DNA of 64,000 nt from the IMG/VR virus record IMGVR_UViG_3300026097_000009, positions 32,001 to 96,000 of that record; one strand, given 5' to 3'. The stretch is from a virus. Positions 30,401 through 39,721 of this stretch are shown here, piece after piece. Both the position numbers and the translations under genes were made by a program. The notes under the pieces are model-generated. The model was given only the letters and a program-made list of their open reading frames with translations. It was not told where the DNA came from and searched no databases. Each line of letters opens with the position of its first letter. Position 1 is the stretch's first letter.

Positions 30401-32715
30401 GTTGTAGGAGTTACTGAAGTGTTTGCAATTACTTCATCAGTTATACTCTTAAGATGGGTTAACGCCGCTACTGATTTTGCTTTGTCATTATCAGCAATGA
30501 TTTTGCCTGCAGGAGAAACTCGTGTTGAGCGCAATTCATCCCCTACAATTGCTGTTTCGGCAGGAATAATAATTGGTAAAACTTCTTCAAACAATCCAGT
30601 TTTAACAAAAATTGAATAATTAATTTTTACTTGTGCTGGAAGGTCATCAAGATCTCCTGCTGTGATAGCATCTGTTACAATTTCTATGAGCGATGATGCT
30701 AATGTAAACGCTCCAGCTTCAGCAGTATAACCAAAATCAATATATTGCTTTATTCTGTTTGCGAGAATTATACCATTTTCTGATTGATAGTTTGTATCCG
30801 GTGCCAAATTTGCTAAAACTTTTTCAATAAGAGTTACACCGTAATTGATGCTTGCAACAGTTTCATCTTCTTGTCCTGAAATGTAGCTCGCACCTAATTC
30901 TGTAAAATAACTTTGTGCTACCTCTCTAATTTTACGATTACCGCCATGCGTCAAATCATAAACAACCGCATCTAAAAGTAATCCCATATCGCGCTGACAC
31001 TTAGATTTATCATACGTGAACGCACTTGTAAACGGAGCAATATCATTTGCAATCTGATAGTCTGTCCATTCAACAATTTCTTTTTGAACAAACGTTCTGT
31101 TTCTTTCTAGCAAATATTTTGCGTTTGGATTTTCTGGACCTTTATCTACCTGTTCAGAAGCATATCTAACAGTTCTAAACGGTCTATCAATACTTAGTCC
31201 CCACAACGGAGCTGGGCTGTCTGTTCCTTCTGTTGAAACATAATAAGTTCTAGGAACATTACCCCAAGTATACCATGCCGGTTGTCCATCAACAACAGCT
31301 AATACTTGTCCTTCATTTCCAATAGGAAGTCTTGTCGGACCTGCGCCGCTATAAAATACTATATCGCCAGCAGTGTTTAATACACTTTCTTCTAAGCCAG
31401 CGGTTAAAAGATTCCAATATGTACCTGTTAAATCTTTTTCAGGACTGTTGTTAGTTGGTGTTTGGGTGCTGTCGTCATCGTCTGAAGTGTGTTTTAAAAC
31501 ACAAACATAGGAGTTAGACCCGAATCTAACAGCATCACCTAAAAGATACTGTGTTTCATTGTCCCATTCGCCTCTCCAGCGGAATCCAGAATTTAATCTT
31601 ACCCAATAAGTACCTAAGTTGTCATCTGGTGGGAATCCAGTTCCGTCTTGTATTGCATAGTAAGTGTAAGAGCCATGTCTAACAACTTCACCAACTTTAT
31701 AAGCAGTTGCCCCGTCCCAGTCTCCATTAAAATTGAATGCTTCCAGGAACAAATCCCAGTTTGCAGTACCAGTCGAAGGAGTACTGTTGTCGTGAACAGT
31801 CTTAGCAATATAGCTGTATCCACCGTACTTAACAATGTCGCCTGGTTGGTAAGTTGTTCCGCTATTCCAGATTAGTTCATACTGAATACCTTCGGAAAAC
31901 AATGCAAAATTAGAATCATTAAATGAGGCAGAAGATGTATGTTCTGTTGTACAAATCCATATTCCTGCGCCATATTTTACAAGATCGTTAATCTTATATC
32001 TTACTGAAGAACCTGACCAAGCACCTTTGTACTCAACACCTTTATGGAAATAATCCCACTTGGCTTGATCGTCTTCTAATCCAAGTGTTTCAGTAGCGGC
32101 TGATGTGTGTCCGGTGTTACAAACATAAATTTGTCCGCCGTACTTAACTAGATCGTTTAACTTATATCTTGTTCCGGTTGCCCACTCGTCCTTCCAGTCA
32201 AGTCCTAGCGAGAATGTATCCCAGCTTGCTTGATCGTCTTCTAGTCCGTCGGCAGCATCTGCGGCTGATGTGTGTCCGGTATTGGCAATATAAGAAATAC
32301 CGCCATACTTAACTACATCATTAACTTTATATGTTGTTCCAGTAGCCCAATCGCCGGTCCAATTTAAACTTTCGGCAAATAAATCCCACTTGGCTTGATC
32401 GTCTTCGAGCAAAGATTGCGAGGTATGGCCTTCGTTCGCGATGTAAAGATATCCGCCATATTTGACAATATCGTTTACTTTATAAAGTGTGCTTCCACTC
32501 CATGTTCCTGTCCAAGTTTGACCATCAGCAAACTGATTCCATCTAGTTGGAACATTTTCTAAGTCCGTGTAAAAATCTGAGGCAGATGTGTGTCCTTCAA
32601 CACACAAGAAAGTCTTGCCACCGTAATTAACAATATCATCTTTAAAATATGTAGTAGAAGAGCCCCAAGCTCCTTTCCATACAAATCTAATTCTACCAAG
32701 TTTAAATTCTGCCAT
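24412..32715 (-). CDS. Giant virion appendage protein (2767 aa): CBM5/12-like Trp repeats, beta-helix-like region, beta-propellers
   Basis: About 8 repeats W.G.W...T.YK.ND.VKYGG..Y.C..GHTS; YYVS..G.D....PFRTV..A; many W....LP....W..VAYGNG.FVAV blades; late promoter at 32736-32741. Confidence 0.8.
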   Translation of the reverse strand: MAEFKLGRIRFVWKGAWGSSTTYFKDDIVNYGGKTFLCVEGHTSASDFYTDLENVPTRWNQFADGQTWTGTWSGSTLYKVNDIVKYGGYLYIANEGHTSQSLLEDDQAKWDLFAESLNWTGDWATGTTYKVNDVVKYGGISYIANTGHTSAADAADGLEDDQASWDTFSLGLDWKDEWATGTRYKLNDLVKYGGQIYVCNTGHTSAATETLGLEDDQAKWDYFHKGVEYKGAWSGSSVRYKINDLVKYGAGIWICTTEHTSSASFNDSNFALFSEGIQYELIWNSGTTYQPGDIVKYGGYSYIAKTVHDNSTPSTGTANWDLFLEAFNFNGDWDGATAYKVGEVVRHGSYTYYAIQDGTGFPPDDNLGTYWVRLNSGFRWRGEWDNETQYLLGDAVRFGSNSYVCVLKHTSDDDDSTQTPTNNSPEKDLTGTYWNLLTAGLEESVLNTAGDIVFYSGAGPTRLPIGNEGQVLAVVDGQPAWYTWGNVPRTYYVSTEGTDSPAPLWGLSIDRPFRTVRYASEQVDKGPENPNAKYLLERNRTFVQKEIVEWTDYQIANDIAPFTSAFTYDKSKCQRDMGLLLDAVVYDLTHGGNRKIREVAQSYFTELGASYISGQEDETVASINYGVTLIEKVLANLAPDTNYQSENGIILANRIKQYIDFGYTAEAGAFTLASSLIEIVTDAITAGDLDDLPAQVKINYSIFVKTGLFEEVLPIIIPAETAIVGDELRSTRVSPAGKIIADNDKAKSVAALTHLKSITDEVIANTSVTPTTGNTVTQDTSSQKAGNTGSSTAITRLENNADEIKDILENGEGAADAFVFTDPTGYNVGYLTGYGDARDQLDANRTFITEEIVAWIDDQVTAETAPFTSSFTYNEETITAEITDILDILKYELTYGGNYQSVRNADRFFSYDGDLIKIADREAETLAWWARLKSVVSDIVQENDVSKSSGNGETQDKSGTAGSAASVTLVEDNIQLLIDVINNDGTLPTVVEPGTSWVSTDLVTARTLLEDAKTTIQTDGIQHIKREIPTLLFDEDKCGRDYGYHVEALGYDLMFNSNFASIQAGLAYRQGTVSTNKVINDQLTATSLTIDFIKKKATYIVASGAVVTAQELWDEIIAYVNTGTKPIVVGTNTPVEDLDLINGANILLLNKDFFAAEATAYINDTYTDTVTATTASTDRFTISDTSWMVAGDTIRFSGTVFGNVVSDTTYFVKEVVSGTQFTISEELDGSVFALADGTGSMTVSYYYETARCENDVRNYIEAIAYDMIYTGNYKSHYAARYYRNALTGSKLEDMYYVRNGCGLRNQTVLGLDGSSDGNTTGQQSALTDANEYGTQRPRAGAYVSLDPGWGPNDETAWVTNKSTYVQNVTTFGIGATGQKIDGSIHNGGNDSIVSNDFTQVISDGIGAWITNLGRAELVSVFSYYAHIGYLAENGGQIRATNGNNSYGDFGSVSEGVDITETEITGEINNRGNDANVVNVITDGDEVLAFEFGNAGEQYTTADFSISGAGSSAAVVGDETRNGGVYQVRLTDPGDSSGTGGEGYLTAANAAQGGTAGGTITLAATDTQSSAAYVGMSIYIVTGTGAGQYGYIQSYNAGSKAATVYKESDGAQGWDHLKPGTTIVDPDITSQYEITPRITFTTPPYSKTTRSLPNGFNWTGVAYGNGEGSYSLVSPSSTTSASGTLATFNITRVNGVYTVDIGASGTLYEVNDTITINGSVLGGTTGVNNLTITVTEVTESGAINAITSTGTAISARWVAVGGVGDSTLDVAAQSEDGITWEIAGMPSSVQWSAVTYGVVSGIGYYVAVAKQSTDTAYSLDGVNWTAGGSLGEAADWVDLAIGNNLVVAIAESDSSSTLRAVSANAGTTWNTGSLPSGAKAIEFGLGKFVVIEGNFSAEAAYSTNGVSWTASTLPANNDSSDSNWQDLAFGNNIFVAIADKNGAIAVSNDGETWADLGKDLSAITSSDDWRKIAYGNGVFLALAESEVAATSQDGLTWTERNATVKEIDILQTSKDTVVDWQVGTLPSTSDWSAVTYSTTDDQYVAVAGNSIAVATSPDGKTWTNRTIPTGSDDARAIAYGNGTYVIPYFSSNDVATSSDGVTWTFNSNVLNNTRDWSDIAFGNGTFVVVQIGTNTSEFSTNGTSWTASTLPAFADWTSIAYGDGAFVAVSGVSSASTAGAYSTNDGASWTASTLPASDYWSSVAYGNGKFVAVAGNSSQASTNFAYSTDGGETWSSVTVPSGNWNAVSYAGGVFVAVSYNSNDALISEDGITWTADTTQSTANWIDIVGNDVDNEFVTVAFNTNTANVLGYEANTNLLTVDSTAELSVGDTIFIPNDSAGTELFGGLDTDTRLFIESIPSSTTFTVSATQGGTPIQLTDGTGSMFATVGKLWSAVAFGGPYSNSGFIALSAGGRNAVQFFAGATPRARASVSDELITQIKIHEPGSNYTTVPTMTITDPNNIGADATHTVRIGNGVLAQPTFTNRGANYSAASAVITGDGFADNYQTGTFIDVKNLTNVPLEGSNLRIGGIDDIYYRVVTIRNLVGTSAPYTATIQVSPEVGVAEAPEHETSTTFRRRYSQVRLTGHDFLDIGTGNQTQTNYPGLPLQDPIPANETVDSGGGRVFFTSTDQDGNFRVGGLFNVEQSTGVATLNADAFNIAGLNELSLGSVALGGSGATVTEFSTDPFFTADSDSVIPTQRAIKAYITSQIGGGGSSLNVNTLTAGVIFIAGQEITTTTETQIFINTKMNFVGGIDGDAVTLNYFLLGG

Positions 32716-32747
32716 TTATTGCTCCAACTAATTAATATTTATTGTTT

Positions 32748-35700
32748 TTACTCATTGTTTCCTGAAAGGAACACTGATTGTTGTAACCAAACTCCGTCAA
32801 TACCACCTTGGAAAGTCATTTTAACAGGAACATTAATTTCAACCCCTGTTGTTGTGGTAAATTGATTTGGACCCATAGTTACTACCCCGGCGGTCATCTG
32901 TCCTGTAATAGCATCGGAGCCACCGCCTGACACCCTTGCAGTAATAAACGCTTTAATTGCACGTTGTGTAGGTATAATGTTGTTACTGTCGGCGGTAAAC
33001 GTCGGATCTGTTGAGAATTCTCTAACCACAACACCCGATCCGCCGACACTAACACCACCTAATACTAATTCTTCTAATCCTTCTAGATCAAAGAAGTCAG
33101 CATTGATTGTTACAATACCAGTTGACTGCTCTACAGCAAACAATTCGCCAACTCGGAAATTACCGTTTTGATCTGTGCTTGTGTAAAATACTCGTCCGCC
33201 ATCTGCTTCAATAACTTCATCCTGTGGTGCTCTAACTGTTCCAATTGGAAATAACACGTTAGGGTAGTTAGTTTGTACAAAATTGCCTAATCCTATATCT
33301 AGGAAATCGTGTCCTGATAACCGCACTTGACTGTATTGCTGTCTAATTTCTAATGAATCGCCGTGTCCTGGACTTTCGTCTCTGTCTAAATCTTTAGCGA
33401 TTGTTAAACGTGCTGTAACATTAGGAAATTCTCCTTCTAATACTGTTACTGATAACAATTTGTATGTATAATCTGTAATTTCATCAAAATTAACGTTGTC
33501 GCCAGGTCCTGGAATTCTAGTTAATCCGCTTACAATTATGTCACTGCCGGTCTGGAACTGATCTTTAAATCCATCGCCGGTAATGGTTACAAATGTTGTG
33601 TTATTTTGGAATCCTGTACCTGCGTTTACCAAGGTTGGGTTTCCTAATACACCGTGATGTGTTCTAACATTAACAGCAACATCACCTGTATTGTTTGGAT
33701 CTGTTAAAACAAATGCCGGGGCACTACCGTATCCACTTCCTGGTTCCCAGATGCTGATAGCACTTATTCTCTGACCAACTACACTGACCCTGGCTTGTGC
33801 TCTTACACCTGTTCGAATGTCTCTAACAGGGTTGCGATTTCCAGTATTTCTAGAGATTACAATAAATCTTCCGGTGTTTTCCGAATTACCGAACGCTACT
33901 GTTGACCACTCCGAGCTCCCTGATAACGTTTCACTTTCCCAGCGGATACCGTCTTCTGATACCGCACAAGAACCAGAATCTTCTGCAACTGCAACGAATA
34001 ATCCTTGCCCGTATGTAATATCTTGCCAGTTGTCAGCAGTAGGTAAATTTCCTTGTACCCAGGTTTCACCATCGAAACTGATAAAGCTGTTGTTTGATCC
34101 TTCAAACCCGCCTTCAATTGCAACAAATCTATTATTACCGAACGTAATTGCATATGCGCCGCCTGGCATTGAACTTTCTGTCCAAGTATCGCCGCCATCA
34201 GCAGAGTATGCCGATTCGGTATTACTCGAAGCACTTTCAGCAATGGCTACAAATTTTCCTTTACCATATGTTATGGCTGACCAATCAGACCCTGATGGTA
34301 ATGTAATAGTAGTCCAAGTATCGCCGTCATCTGTTGATTTAACGGCAGTGTCGCCGCCTGAAGCTACTGCTATCCACACACCGTCACCGTATGCGACACC
34401 TGTATAGCTTAGTGAAGGTGCTCCAGCAAGTGCCCATGATATACCGTCAGTGCTTATTGCTGATACACCATCGCCGACCGCTATATAATTGCCGTTACCG
34501 TAAGCAATGCTTTTCCATCTAGCTGAAGCAGGAAGTGTACTGAAAGTCCATTCTACACCATTATCGCTGGTTCCTACTGCTGTAGAAACAGTAGTTCCGC
34601 CTGCGATTGCAACAAATTGACCATCGGCATATATAACTTTTGTGAACGGATTACCCGAACCTGAAGAATACATAGTAGCAGAATTAACTGAATAACCTGG
34701 ACTAGAAAATGTAACTCTAGGTTCGATAGTGTAATTTGTTGTTGTGTTTAAAGTAGTTTCGGCCGGTGTTCCAGGATTAATGTTGTTCCATCCTAGATGA
34801 TGTAACTCCATATCGCCTGTTTCGTTAATCAATCCAAAGGCTGTGTTTGCTACTGTGGAAAACTGATAGATTGTTGATGTACTACCAGCAGTAATATACA
34901 TTTTTTCTCCGCTGTTTGCAAATTCAATTGCTCCTATTGCAGAGGCTACCGTACCACTAAAATCATATGTTACACTGTCGTACGAGGCAGAGCTTAAATC
35001 AAACGATGCGCTTAACCCGTATCTATACACAGCATCCGAATCATTTACAAATATTTTTGTGCCATCATCATTGAAATATGCTCCGCCTAAATTATCATTA
35101 GTAGTTTGAAGAGCAGTATCTAAGGCTATCGAATCATCTGTAGCAGTTGTGATATCAAATTCTGTTGAAAGAGAATATTGATGTATTTGTTGTGACGCGA
35201 CAGTAGATTCAACGATATACATTTTGCTTCCTGAATTGTTAAAAAGTACATCCGTCGGATCAATGCTTGAAACTGCATTTGCATCATAAGTTGCTGGAGT
35301 AGGATCAATTGAAGTTACATCATAAGCAACAGACAAATCGTGTTCGTAAATTAATCCAGTTGTTTCGTTGGCAAAATATAGTTTAGTACCAGTAGCATTG
35401 AATGTTAGACCGGTATGGGTGTTTAATCCGCTGTCGAAGGTATTGATAGCAGTGGCGCTTTCAATATTAAAGTTATCATACATAAAATATTCTGTTACCA
35501 CACCGCCTTCTAGCACAAATGCTTTGGTTCCTATATCGTTGAAAACTATTCCTCGAGGAGTCCCGCCTGTGTTTAAAGTTATACTGTCGGAAACAGCATT
35601 AGATAATGTGTAACCTGTTTTGTCAGGTGATGTGGAAATAGTAATGTTACTTCCGCTAACACTGTTAACATAATATATTGTAGTTTCTTGGATATTACCA

Positions 35701-38700
35701 TAATGCGTTCCTGTAAATATTACAGGATCACCTATGCTTAATCCTTCTGTACTGTCAAGAACAACTAAATTTCCAATCGCTTGTGTTTCTAAAACAGTTT
35801 TCTTAGGATAATACTCGTCGCCAACATAAACAATTTTTGATGTATCGTCATATTCTGCAACATAGCCGTATTGTCCTGCGCCTGTTCCGGATTGAATATA
35901 AACACGCATTTCTCTGTATGTTGCAGGAACTTCTTCATCGGCCGCCGCGATAGTTATCGTCTTGTCAGTGCCTGCCTGTGCCGAGTTAGTAGTAAACTTA
36001 TAACCGGCACCACCTGCAATTCCTGAATCACCAGGATCGGTAATTCTAACTTCATAAACAGCGTCATCTCTAATTTCATCTCCGAGCAATTCTTGATTTA
36101 ATCCAGAACCAGAAACTGTAAATGTTGCTGACGTATATTCATTACCAGCATTGCTGAAAAATAACTTTGATATTTCTTGATTTTTAGTTTGTACAGATGC
36201 TACATCAGCTTCAAAATATCGGTTGTTAACTGATGCTTGAATTGGCGCTTCACTTACATTAAATCCTTCAGCAACCGCACCAAAAGTTCCGTAAGAACAG
36301 TTTCCGTTAGTTCCTCGAATTTTTCCGCCGCGTGTACACAAATAACCTATGTGATTATAGTATGTAAACACCGATACTGCTTCTGTTTTTCCAGTTCCGT
36401 TACACCAGACACCTATACCGTCAGATAATATTTGTGTAAAATCGTTCGAAACAATTGTTTGATTACCGCCGGCGTGTAAGTCGCCGTCGATTTTTAAACC
36501 GATACAGCCGTCGCCGAATGTAGTAACATTTTGTACATAAGGAGATTTAGAACCTACCCAAACAGTGTCATCTTGTGTTCCCCAGCCTGGATCTAGAGAT
36601 GCATAAGCTCCTGCCGTCGGTCTTCTTGTTAAATTAGCATTAAGATCACCTAGTGTTCCGCTTAAGCCTGTTAAGGTACAGTTTCTTAATCCAGTACCGT
36701 CTCTTAAAAGAAACATATTTTGTATTTTATTTCTATCGTAGCTGTTTGCATTTAAGAAATATTGCGATTCTAGTCCTGTTCTGTAGTTTCCTGGATATTG
36801 GGTATCATAAATTATAGCATCAATTACTCTAGCTATATTAGAATCTAACTGTGTTTCGTTGTAATCGTATAATGGTTGTACAGTTGTAATGTATGCTTTT
36901 AGTTCAGCGAGTATAAAACTTCTATTTGCTACTAACAAATTATATGCATTTACTTCTGCTTCATCGGTGGAAGCTGTGTTAGTACTGTTTACCGATGCAA
37001 CAAGACCGTCATTTAAAATTGACACTAATTGTCCTAACAGTGAGGAATAGTTAGTGGCTGTATCATCTGTTGACGGCGATCCTAAGAATACTTGAGATTC
37101 ATTACTGTAAAGATTTGTTCCAAATGTAGGCTGTAATTCGTCAGCAGTGCCAATCTCTTGTTCTAACACAACAAACTCAACTATGCTTTGGAAATACTGT
37201 ATAATCTGTATTAGATAGGTTAAATCTAAATCTGAAATTATAGGTTGGGTGGGGCGAATTACAGTGCTTCGTAATTCATCACCTACCACTGCACAGAATG
37301 CAGGAACTGTTAACGGTAAAACTTCGTCAAATATACCTGTTCTAACATAAATTGTCGAATTTCCTGATACATTATCTCTTACATACTCTAGTGCATATCT
37401 TAGTGTTTTCCATGGAGCATTTTGATCTCTACCTAAATTAGGGCTATCAACTCCATCGTTTGCAACAAAGAAAACCGAAGTTGCAGAATTTAGATTTTTC
37501 CAAGATATATCGCTATCTTGAACTGCTAATGTTTGTTTTTCGTTACCGATAGTTATTCTTCTATTTCCGATAGAACTTCCATCTTCTTGAACTCCGTAAC
37601 TGAGAATATCACCGACTTCTTTTAAGACGTTATCTGGATCTCCTAAAATTAAAGGTTCCCAATAAAAACCTCCGTCGTCTTCTGGGCTGTTACCTGCATC
37701 AGAAACGTGTCTTCTTAATGCTCTATAAGAACTAGATGTCAATACAACAACATCGCCTTCTACATACGTGTTGCCTGCACCCCAGATTCCTACCCACTTT
37801 TCGCCTGGAATAATTAAATCCCAGTAATCTGAGTTGACTGTACTATCATCTGTTAAGATATCCGGATCTTCACCTATAGAATCTGCCACCGCAACAAATA
37901 CCTGGCCGCTTCTTCTTACTACATCGCCTAAACGATACGAAGAAGTTCTTCCCCACTCTCCTCTAACATTTGAGTTTTCAAATAACAACGTCCATGACGC
38001 ATTAGGTTGTGCAGTATCATATGTAGGTATTATTCCAGACCCAGTAGCTCGATTTACAAATAAATATCCACCGTATCGAACAATGTCTCCTATTTGATAA
38101 ACAGTATCTTCGTTCCATTCGTTATCAAATTCTTGTCCTGGACAATATATTGAAAAATTTCCTGCTAAAAATCCATCTGCTTCTCTGGAAGTATGTGCAA
38201 CAGTTACTTGGTACAGGTATGAACCGTATTTTACAATATCATTAGCTTTATATCGATAACCTTCAGCAACATAATTGCCAACATATTCAACTCCATTAAC
38301 AAACACAGACCATTTGTCGCTATCGTCTTCTAATCCATCCGCAGAAGTCGCCGATGACTCGTGTCCTTCGGTACATCTATAAACAATGCCACCATAACGA
38401 ACTATATCATTCACTTTATATCTGTTAGAAGTTGTCCAATCTCCTTTCCAATCTTGTCCAAGATTAACAATTTCCCACTTGTCTTGATCGATTTCTAAAC
38501 CAGTAACATCGGTAGAATCACTAATATGTCCTTCGGTACATCTATAAACGATCCCACCGTAACGAGCAATATCATTTAATTTATAAAATGTACTTGTTGT
38601 CCAATCAGTAACCCAGTTATCTGAACTGACTTGAACTGTCCAGTAACTTAATGATAAATCGTCATAAAAATTATCTGAAGAATCTACGGAGGTATGTCCT

Positions 38701-39008
38701 TCAGTACAAAGGTATACAATACCTCCGTATTTTACTAAATCACCGATATTATAAAAAGTAGATGGTTGCCAATCTCGGCGCCATTCAGATCCTTCTGCCA
38801 TTAAAACCCATCTTGGGTCTGGCGCAGGTGGAATATTATCATTTAAAAAATTTAAGTCGTCATAAAAATTTGGTTGGCTGTCGTGCAATTTGATACAGAC
38901 ATATATTTTCGATCCGTACGATATAATATCGTCGGGATTATATCTGTAGAGAGATCTCCATTCACCTCTCCATGTATATCTAAATCTGTCTAGTATAAAA
39001 TCTGCCAT
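32748..39008 (-). CDS. Giant virion appendage protein (2086 aa), paralogue of 24412-32715
   Basis: Same Trp repeats plus VGDELRST, LDPGWG, YVQNVTTFG, SNDFTQ..SDGIG and SQVRL.GHDFLDIG blocks; extra FN..G.K.Y propeller insert. Confidence 0.8.
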   Translation of the reverse strand: MADFILDRFRYTWRGEWRSLYRYNPDDIISYGSKIYVCIKLHDSQPNFYDDLNFLNDNIPPAPDPRWVLMAEGSEWRRDWQPSTFYNIGDLVKYGGIVYLCTEGHTSVDSSDNFYDDLSLSYWTVQVSSDNWVTDWTTSTFYKLNDIARYGGIVYRCTEGHISDSTDVTGLEIDQDKWEIVNLGQDWKGDWTTSNRYKVNDIVRYGGIVYRCTEGHESSATSADGLEDDSDKWSVFVNGVEYVGNYVAEGYRYKANDIVKYGSYLYQVTVAHTSREADGFLAGNFSIYCPGQEFDNEWNEDTVYQIGDIVRYGGYLFVNRATGSGIIPTYDTAQPNASWTLLFENSNVRGEWGRTSSYRLGDVVRRSGQVFVAVADSIGEDPDILTDDSTVNSDYWDLIIPGEKWVGIWGAGNTYVEGDVVVLTSSSYRALRRHVSDAGNSPEDDGGFYWEPLILGDPDNVLKEVGDILSYGVQEDGSSIGNRRITIGNEKQTLAVQDSDISWKNLNSATSVFFVANDGVDSPNLGRDQNAPWKTLRYALEYVRDNVSGNSTIYVRTGIFDEVLPLTVPAFCAVVGDELRSTVIRPTQPIISDLDLTYLIQIIQYFQSIVEFVVLEQEIGTADELQPTFGTNLYSNESQVFLGSPSTDDTATNYSSLLGQLVSILNDGLVASVNSTNTASTDEAEVNAYNLLVANRSFILAELKAYITTVQPLYDYNETQLDSNIARVIDAIIYDTQYPGNYRTGLESQYFLNANSYDRNKIQNMFLLRDGTGLRNCTLTGLSGTLGDLNANLTRRPTAGAYASLDPGWGTQDDTVWVGSKSPYVQNVTTFGDGCIGLKIDGDLHAGGNQTIVSNDFTQILSDGIGVWCNGTGKTEAVSVFTYYNHIGYLCTRGGKIRGTNGNCSYGTFGAVAEGFNVSEAPIQASVNNRYFEADVASVQTKNQEISKLFFSNAGNEYTSATFTVSGSGLNQELLGDEIRDDAVYEVRITDPGDSGIAGGAGYKFTTNSAQAGTDKTITIAAADEEVPATYREMRVYIQSGTGAGQYGYVAEYDDTSKIVYVGDEYYPKKTVLETQAIGNLVVLDSTEGLSIGDPVIFTGTHYGNIQETTIYYVNSVSGSNITISTSPDKTGYTLSNAVSDSITLNTGGTPRGIVFNDIGTKAFVLEGGVVTEYFMYDNFNIESATAINTFDSGLNTHTGLTFNATGTKLYFANETTGLIYEHDLSVAYDVTSIDPTPATYDANAVSSIDPTDVLFNNSGSKMYIVESTVASQQIHQYSLSTEFDITTATDDSIALDTALQTTNDNLGGAYFNDDGTKIFVNDSDAVYRYGLSASFDLSSASYDSVTYDFSGTVASAIGAIEFANSGEKMYITAGSTSTIYQFSTVANTAFGLINETGDMELHHLGWNNINPGTPAETTLNTTTNYTIEPRVTFSSPGYSVNSATMYSSGSGNPFTKVIYADGQFVAIAGGTTVSTAVGTSDNGVEWTFSTLPASARWKSIAYGNGNYIAVGDGVSAISTDGISWALAGAPSLSYTGVAYGDGVWIAVASGGDTAVKSTDDGDTWTTITLPSGSDWSAITYGKGKFVAIAESASSNTESAYSADGGDTWTESSMPGGAYAITFGNNRFVAIEGGFEGSNNSFISFDGETWVQGNLPTADNWQDITYGQGLFVAVAEDSGSCAVSEDGIRWESETLSGSSEWSTVAFGNSENTGRFIVISRNTGNRNPVRDIRTGVRAQARVSVVGQRISAISIWEPGSGYGSAPAFVLTDPNNTGDVAVNVRTHHGVLGNPTLVNAGTGFQNNTTFVTITGDGFKDQFQTGSDIIVSGLTRIPGPGDNVNFDEITDYTYKLLSVTVLEGEFPNVTARLTIAKDLDRDESPGHGDSLEIRQQYSQVRLSGHDFLDIGLGNFVQTNYPNVLFPIGTVRAPQDEVIEADGGRVFYTSTDQNGNFRVGELFAVEQSTGIVTINADFFDLEGLEELVLGGVSVGGSGVVVREFSTDPTFTADSNNIIPTQRAIKAFITARVSGGGSDAITGQMTAGVVTMGPNQFTTTTGVEINVPVKMTFQGGIDGVWLQQSVFLSGNNE

Positions 39009-39009
39009 A

Positions 39010-39375
39010 TTAATCTTCCGAATCTAAATTGTTATATTCTACGCTTCTGTTAATTTTAACAACCAATTGTCCGTCATCGTCTACATAATAAAATAGACCT
39101 CGATCGTCCCAGCGGTACTGATCATATTTTAAATTATCAAAAACTTTTTCGTGATTTACATCAACTCCTTCATAAAAATCTACGCCAATTTCAAAATCGT
39201 TATAGTTTTCTGCTTGATCTCCGGGAGTATTCAATTCAATTGTGTCGTCGTCTTTGAGTTGATCACTTCTTAAAAGAAATAAACTACCATTTTCGTTTCT
39301 TCTTAAAGCATAGAAGTATCTAGGATTATCCCCTAATACATCAGCTGGATTCTGTCCTAAATAAAAATTACTCAT
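39010..39375 (-). CDS. Hypothetical virion protein
   Basis: 121-aa ORF with SD AGGAG, in the structural operon. Confidence 0.65.
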   Translation of the reverse strand: MSNFYLGQNPADVLGDNPRYFYALRRNENGSLFLLRSDQLKDDDTIELNTPGDQAENYNDFEIGVDFYEGVDVNHEKVFDNLKYDQYRWDDRGLFYYVDDDGQLVVKINRSVEYNNLDSED

Positions 39376-39384
39376 TGTTCACTC

Positions 39385-39717
39385 CTATGATAACTCTACA
39401 AAGCTAACCACAGCATCTATACTGTCATCTACATTGCTGGATATTCGTAGAGTTGTGGTTTCTGGTAATATTAATTTTTCACCATTTGTAACTATTTTAA
39501 CGGTGCCTCCCGGAGGTATTCCGAGATCTTTAGCATAATAAGATGCGTTACTGCCTTCGTCTATAACAAAGACATCAACGAAAACATTATCGTAATCTGT
39601 AATGTTTGTTAAATTACAACCGATTACAGTTGTACTAAATCCAACAGGAACAGTTATTACATCTATTGGAGTTGTTCCTATGGTTGTGTTCACCGCATGT
39701 TGAAAACTCGTTGGCAT
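39385..39717 (-). CDS. Small beta-sandwich virion adaptor, paralogue B
   Basis: VP.G..TTVIGCNLTN...V.V....YY.KD..IPPG.......GEKLIL pattern. Confidence 0.6.
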   Translation of the reverse strand: MPTSFQHAVNTTIGTTPIDVITVPVGFSTTVIGCNLTNITDYDNVFVDVFVIDEGSNASYYAKDLGIPPGGTVKIVTNGEKLILPETTTLRISSNVDDSIDAVVSFVELS

Positions 39718-39721
39718 CTTA

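Noticed and set aside
31400-32715. CRISPR-like spaced direct repeats
   Set aside because: The repeats are in-frame codon repeats of Trp-rich protein modules with irregular 150-330 nt spacing; no cas genes.
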